In this document: positions 60,428 to 64,000 of the stretch, one piece after another
Layout: every line of letters begins with the position of its first letter
Numbering within the stretch: the stretch's first letter is position 1
From: Bacteroidales bacterium
GTDB lineage: Bacteria; Bacteroidota; Bacteroidia; Bacteroidales; PUMT01
NCBI GenBank assembly: GCA_007132225.1
Contig: SLPB01000026.1
Coordinates: 23,804 to 87,803, forward strand
DNA length: 64,000 bases
Reading direction: 5' to 3'
The notes under the pieces: model-generated
Database searches by the model: none
Told to the model about the DNA's origin: nothing
What the model saw: only the letters and a program-made list of their open reading frames with translations
Made by a program: the position numbers and the translations under genes

Positions 60428-61903
60428 TTAATAAGCCTTTGCAAATAATACTCTTTGTGATGAAGGTTTCCCGGTCACAATACACTTACCGGGTTCCTGT
60501 TTATTATTAAGTGGTATACAGCGTATTGTGGCTTTTGTTTCCTGGTTTATTTTTTCTTCAGTTTCTCTTGTTCCGTCCCAGTGAGCATTAATGAAACCAC
60601 CCTTGTTCTCAATGATTTCTTTGAATTCTTCGTAGCTGTCTGTTGTATGGGTGTTTTGAGTCCTGAATTCAAGAGCTTTGTTAAAAATATTTTCCTGGAT
60701 CTCTGTAAGAAGTGATTTTACGGTTTCTTCTATACCCTCGAGCGGATATGATTTTTTCTCAAGTGTATCCCTTCTTGCAACCTCAACAGATTTATTCTCA
60801 ATATCTCTTGGTCCCACAGCAAGCCTGAGGGGAACGCCCTTAAGTTCATAATCGGCAAACTTCCAGCCGGGCTTATGGGTATCCCTGTTATCATATTTAA
60901 CTGTTATTCCGGAGGCAACAAGCTTTTGCCTGATGACCTCGACTTCCCGGTTAATATTTTCCAGTTCTTCGGATTTTTTATAAATTGGAACGATAACTAC
61001 CTGGATGGGTGCCAGCTTTGGCGGTAGAACCAGTCCCCTGTCATCAGAGTGTGCCATAACCAGGGCACCCATCAGCCTGGTTGATACACCCCAGGAGGAG
61101 GCCCATACATGCTCGAGTTTTCCGGTCTTGTTTAAAAAAGTAACGTCGAACGCTTTTGCAAAGTTTTGTCCCAGAAAATGAGATGTTCCTGATTGCAGTG
61201 CTTTCCCATCCTGCATCATCGCCTCTATTGAATAAGTTTCAACTGCACCTGCAAAGCGCTCGTTTTCTGTTTTTGTGCCGGATATTACAGGAATAGCCAT
61301 CCAGTTTTTGGCGAATTCAGAATAAACATTCAGCATCTTAATTGTCTCTTCAATGGCCTCCTCTTTAGTGGCATGTGCTGTATGACCCTCCTGCCAGAGA
61401 AACTCAGCCGTTCTGAGAAAAAGCCTGGTGCGCATCTCCCAGCGGACAACATTTGCCCATTGATTAATAAGCAGGGGCAGGTCCCGGTATGATTGTATCC
61501 AGTTTTTATAAGTATTCCAGATAATTGTTTCGGATGTGGGTCTGATTATCAGTTCTTCTTCAAGTTTTGCCGTTTCATCAACCTCTATTCCTTTTCCTCC
61601 TGAAGAGCTCTTGAGCCTGTAGTGGGTGACAACAGCACATTCTTTGGCGAAGCCCTCAACATGAGCTGCCTCTTTGCTCAAAAATGATTTTGGGATGAAC
61701 AATGGGAAATAGGCATTGGAATGGCCTGTCTCTTTAAATTTGCTGTCGAGGACTGATTGCATTTTTTCCCATATGGCATAACCATATGGTTTAATGACCA
61801 TACATCCCCGCACTGCTGAATTTTCAGCAAGATCAGCCTTGATTACCAGGTCGTTGTACCATTGAGCGTAATTCTCTTTTCTGCTGGTTAAAATTTTAGC
61901 CAT
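60428..61903 (-). CDS. proS: Prolyl-tRNA synthetase (archaeal/eukaryote-like type)
   Basis: 491-aa class II aaRS without an INS editing domain. The C-terminal extension ends in ...FAKAY. Confidence 0.93.
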   Translation of the reverse strand: MAKILTSRKENYAQWYNDLVIKADLAENSAVRGCMVIKPYGYAIWEKMQSVLDSKFKETGHSNAYFPLFIPKSFLSKEAAHVEGFAKECAVVTHYRLKSSSGGKGIEVDETAKLEEELIIRPTSETIIWNTYKNWIQSYRDLPLLINQWANVVRWEMRTRLFLRTAEFLWQEGHTAHATKEEAIEETIKMLNVYSEFAKNWMAIPVISGTKTENERFAGAVETYSIEAMMQDGKALQSGTSHFLGQNFAKAFDVTFLNKTGKLEHVWASSWGVSTRLMGALVMAHSDDRGLVLPPKLAPIQVVIVPIYKKSEELENINREVEVIRQKLVASGITVKYDNRDTHKPGWKFADYELKGVPLRLAVGPRDIENKSVEVARRDTLEKKSYPLEGIEETVKSLLTEIQENIFNKALEFRTQNTHTTDSYEEFKEIIENKGGFINAHWDGTRETEEKINQETKATIRCIPLNNKQEPGKCIVTGKPSSQRVLFAKAY

Positions 61904-62002
61904 AATTAATAATTGGTATAGATTTTGTTAGTATTTTAGTGGAAATTAAATCGACGCAAATTAATGAATTTTCTAAACATAAAAATGATCGGGAGGCTTA
62001 TC

Positions 62003-63709
62003 ATGAAAGCAAATGTAAAAATAATTCTGATTCTTGCTCTTATAACTGGAGCGTGTTCATCCGGGTCCCACCTTACAACCGGGTATGATGATCTTTACTA
62101 TACTCCCGGTGATGAGACATTTGTAACTATTACAGAACGGACAGGAAACGCAGTAACCCGTGAAAGTGCTGCAGCCCCTTCTTATGCAAACAGGCACGAA
62201 GAACAATATGCATGGGAGGAATATGGTGTATCTCCGGGCGATACAATTTATTTTGATGATTATTATGTCGTCGGCCGGGACACTATACCCTACGAACCTG
62301 TTTATGACAGGAAGTATGCAGAAGGACAACCTCTAAATGTAACCAATTATAATTTTTATGGACCTGGCGACTATTACTGGTCCACCAGGATGAGAAGGTT
62401 TCATTCAGGTTATCATTACGGCGGTTATTACGATCCGTTTTATACTGATTATTACTGGCGCAGCATGAACCGTTACCGTTTTGGAGTTTCCTTTGGGTGG
62501 TACAGTCCGTTTTATTCTCCATGGCGTTCTGCTGTGTATTTTGGATATTCTCCCTGGGGACATTACCACTCTCCATTCTGGGGGTATCATGGTTTTGGAT
62601 ATGCACCCTTTTATTCACGTCTTGCATATCATCCTCATTCTTACTGGGGCCATTACGGGTATTACGGTTATCACAGACCGGTTTACGGACGAAGCGTAGC
62701 ATATCATACCGGACAAAGACGTTCCACCGGTAGCTATACAGGATCCACAGGAGCAGGAGGAGTTGGAATGGCTAGTAATTACGGCCGTCGCACAAGTGCC
62801 AGTGCTGTCTCCGGTTCACGAGGAGCAATAGGCGGTAGCGCAATCAGGCCAGCCGATGCCCGTACGGACAGAAGAACTGCTGTTGGTTCTTCCACAAGGT
62901 CAGAAGAATCCTCAACCCGTGCTGCCGGCACAACTGCAAGGCCTGCCGGTACAACTATAGCCCGTCCTGAAGGCACAACCACGCGGCCTGCCGGTACAAC
63001 CACCCGTCCCGAAGGTACAACCACGCGGCCTGCCGGAACTACCACCAGACCTGCCGGTACAACAACCAGGCCTGCCGGTACAACCACGCGGCCTGCCGGA
63101 ACTACCACGCGTCCCGAAGGTACAACTACAAGGCCTGCCCCAAGAACTACGCGTCCTGAAGGTACAACTACAAGGCCGGCCGGAAGAACTACGCGTCCTG
63201 AAGGCACAACCACCAGGCCTGCAGGTACAACCACCCGTCCGGCCGGCACTCCTTCCAGGTCATCGGGAGGAAGGGATGAAGCTGCCACTGAAACACGTCA
63301 GTCCGCAGCTCCAAGGTATTCAAGGCCTGTATCCGGCGACCGTTCTACATACAACCGCAATTCAGGCAATTATCAGACAAGGAGCGTTGACCGGGACAGG
63401 AACAGCTCTTCAGGAAGCAGTTCAACCTATACCAGGCCCGGAAACAGTGCCACCTATAACCGGCCTGACAGCAGGACAGGATCATCTTCCGGAACTCCGT
63501 CGGTTCGGACTACTGCTCCGACCCGCAGTACACCTTCAGTCAGAAGTACACCCAGCCGCCCGGCACGGGGCAGTCAGCCTGCAGTATCAAGAACTCCGTC
63601 AACACGTAGTTCCGGTACTTCCGGGGGCAGCAGGAGCAGTTCAGGAGGCAGCAGCAGGAGCAGTTCCGGGAGCAGTTCACGTACTTCTTCAGGAGGTGGC
63701 AGGCGATAG
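62003..63709 (+). CDS. Low-complexity repeat lipoprotein (Tyr/Trp/Gly-rich, Thr/Arg/Pro heptad-repeat and Ser/Arg/Gly-rich segments)
   Basis: Start moved to the ATG at 62003 (MKANVKIILILALITGAC, lipobox). The frame stays open through a GC-rich repeat. The minus-strand ORF 62779..63288 is a shadow of the repeat. Confidence 0.75.
   Translation: MKANVKIILILALITGACSSGSHLTTGYDDLYYTPGDETFVTITERTGNAVTRESAAAPSYANRHEEQYAWEEYGVSPGDTIYFDDYYVVGRDTIPYEPVYDRKYAEGQPLNVTNYNFYGPGDYYWSTRMRRFHSGYHYGGYYDPFYTDYYWRSMNRYRFGVSFGWYSPFYSPWRSAVYFGYSPWGHYHSPFWGYHGFGYAPFYSRLAYHPHSYWGHYGYYGYHRPVYGRSVAYHTGQRRSTGSYTGSTGAGGVGMASNYGRRTSASAVSGSRGAIGGSAIRPADARTDRRTAVGSSTRSEESSTRAAGTTARPAGTTIARPEGTTTRPAGTTTRPEGTTTRPAGTTTRPAGTTTRPAGTTTRPAGTTTRPEGTTTRPAPRTTRPEGTTTRPAGRTTRPEGTTTRPAGTTTRPAGTPSRSSGGRDEAATETRQSAAPRYSRPVSGDRSTYNRNSGNYQTRSVDRDRNSSSGSSSTYTRPGNSATYNRPDSRTGSSSGTPSVRTTAPTRSTPSVRSTPSRPARGSQPAVSRTPSTRSSGTSGGSRSSSGGSSRSSSGSSSRTSSGGGRR
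62924..63262 (+). repeat. Tandem 21-bp coding repeat: 15 units plus one degenerate unit, encoding [A/E]GTTTRP
   Basis: Peptide units read directly from the ORF: AGTTARP, AGTTIARP, EGTTTRP, AGTTTRP ... AGTPSRS. Units differ at synonymous positions. Thr uses aca/acc/act/acg and Arg uses cgg/cgt/aga/agg. Confidence 0.95.
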
Positions 63710-63752
63710 TGATAAAATTAATTTGAGATTAACCCTGTTAAATCATTAACCA

Positions 63753-64000
63753 ATGAGACGTATAACGGTAATTATATTTTTCAGTATAATATATAGTGGC
63801 TTTGGTTTTGCCCAAAACGAATCAGACGCTTTGCGTTATTCTCAAAGATTTTTTGGGTCAACATCCCGCTCTGTTAGCATGGGGGGGGCATTTGCATCAT
63901 TAGGAGGAGATTTTTACTCTGTTGGGTATAATCCTGCCGGACTTGCAATTTATCGTACAAACGAGATTACTTTCACCCCCTTTTTTGACTATCATAAGAT
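63753..64000 (+). CDS. FadL/OMPP1-like outer-membrane protein, N-terminal fragment (continues beyond the window)
   Basis: Open from the ATG at 63753 to the window end. The product starts MRRITVIIFFSIIYSGFGFAQ (signal peptide). It continues ...SVSMGGAFASLGGDFYSVGYNPAGLA, and the MGGA and NPAGL motifs are typical of FadL-like barrels. Confidence 0.6.
   Translation, partial: MRRITVIIFFSIIYSGFGFAQNESDALRYSQRFFGSTSRSVSMGGAFASLGGDFYSVGYNPAGLAIYRTNEITFTPFFDYHK

Noticed and set aside
62779-63288. 169-aa minus-strand ORF (VVVPAGRVVVPSG...) across the repeat region
   Set aside because: It is the antisense shadow of the GC-rich 21-bp repeat. The + strand frame is continuous with a lipoprotein signal and extends far beyond it on both sides.

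Overview
This window reads as a dense, mostly housekeeping chromosomal segment of a Bacteroidota genome. That placement is an inference from three things: a 286-aa RpoD, TAnnTTTG -7 promoter boxes, and tpiA / DoxX-MauE / folP / cdaA synteny. GC is about 40% by eye. I support about 49 protein-coding genes. One of them, an ABC ATPase on the minus strand at 1..1746, is absent from the ORF track because it runs off the window. Recognisable genes are clpB, gcvT, serC, serA, yggS, hflKC, uvrA, uvrB, rsmE, tpiA, tmk, folP, cdaA, plsY, metX, ftsE-like, gyrB, dapF, htrA/degQ, rpoD, galM and proS.

I see no rRNA, tRNA, CRISPR array, transposase, integrase, phage gene or recognisable defence gene, and no long dispersed repeats. 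I therefore cannot point to a self-contained novel system with confidence. All protein calls are by-eye motif recognition, and no database search was run.

The most unusual material is:
1. A tripartite low-complexity lipoprotein with 15-16 diverged 21-bp repeats (62003..63709).
2. A 1504-aa secreted protein with no motif I recognise (23640..28154).
3. A secreted M20 peptidase followed 6 nt later by a GH3-type acyl-acid amido synthetase homologue (46909..49869).
4. A 4-bp-overlapping pair of a deacetylase-like gene and a FemAB/CelD-like GNAT gene (36521..38757).
5. A same-strand gcvT / ComB-like / serC / serA / DUF1015 / yggS / DHODH-like cluster that embeds three proteins of unknown role.
6. 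Orphan partner-switching components: an Hpt+STAS bicistron, and a SiaC/DUF1987 gene next to rpoD.
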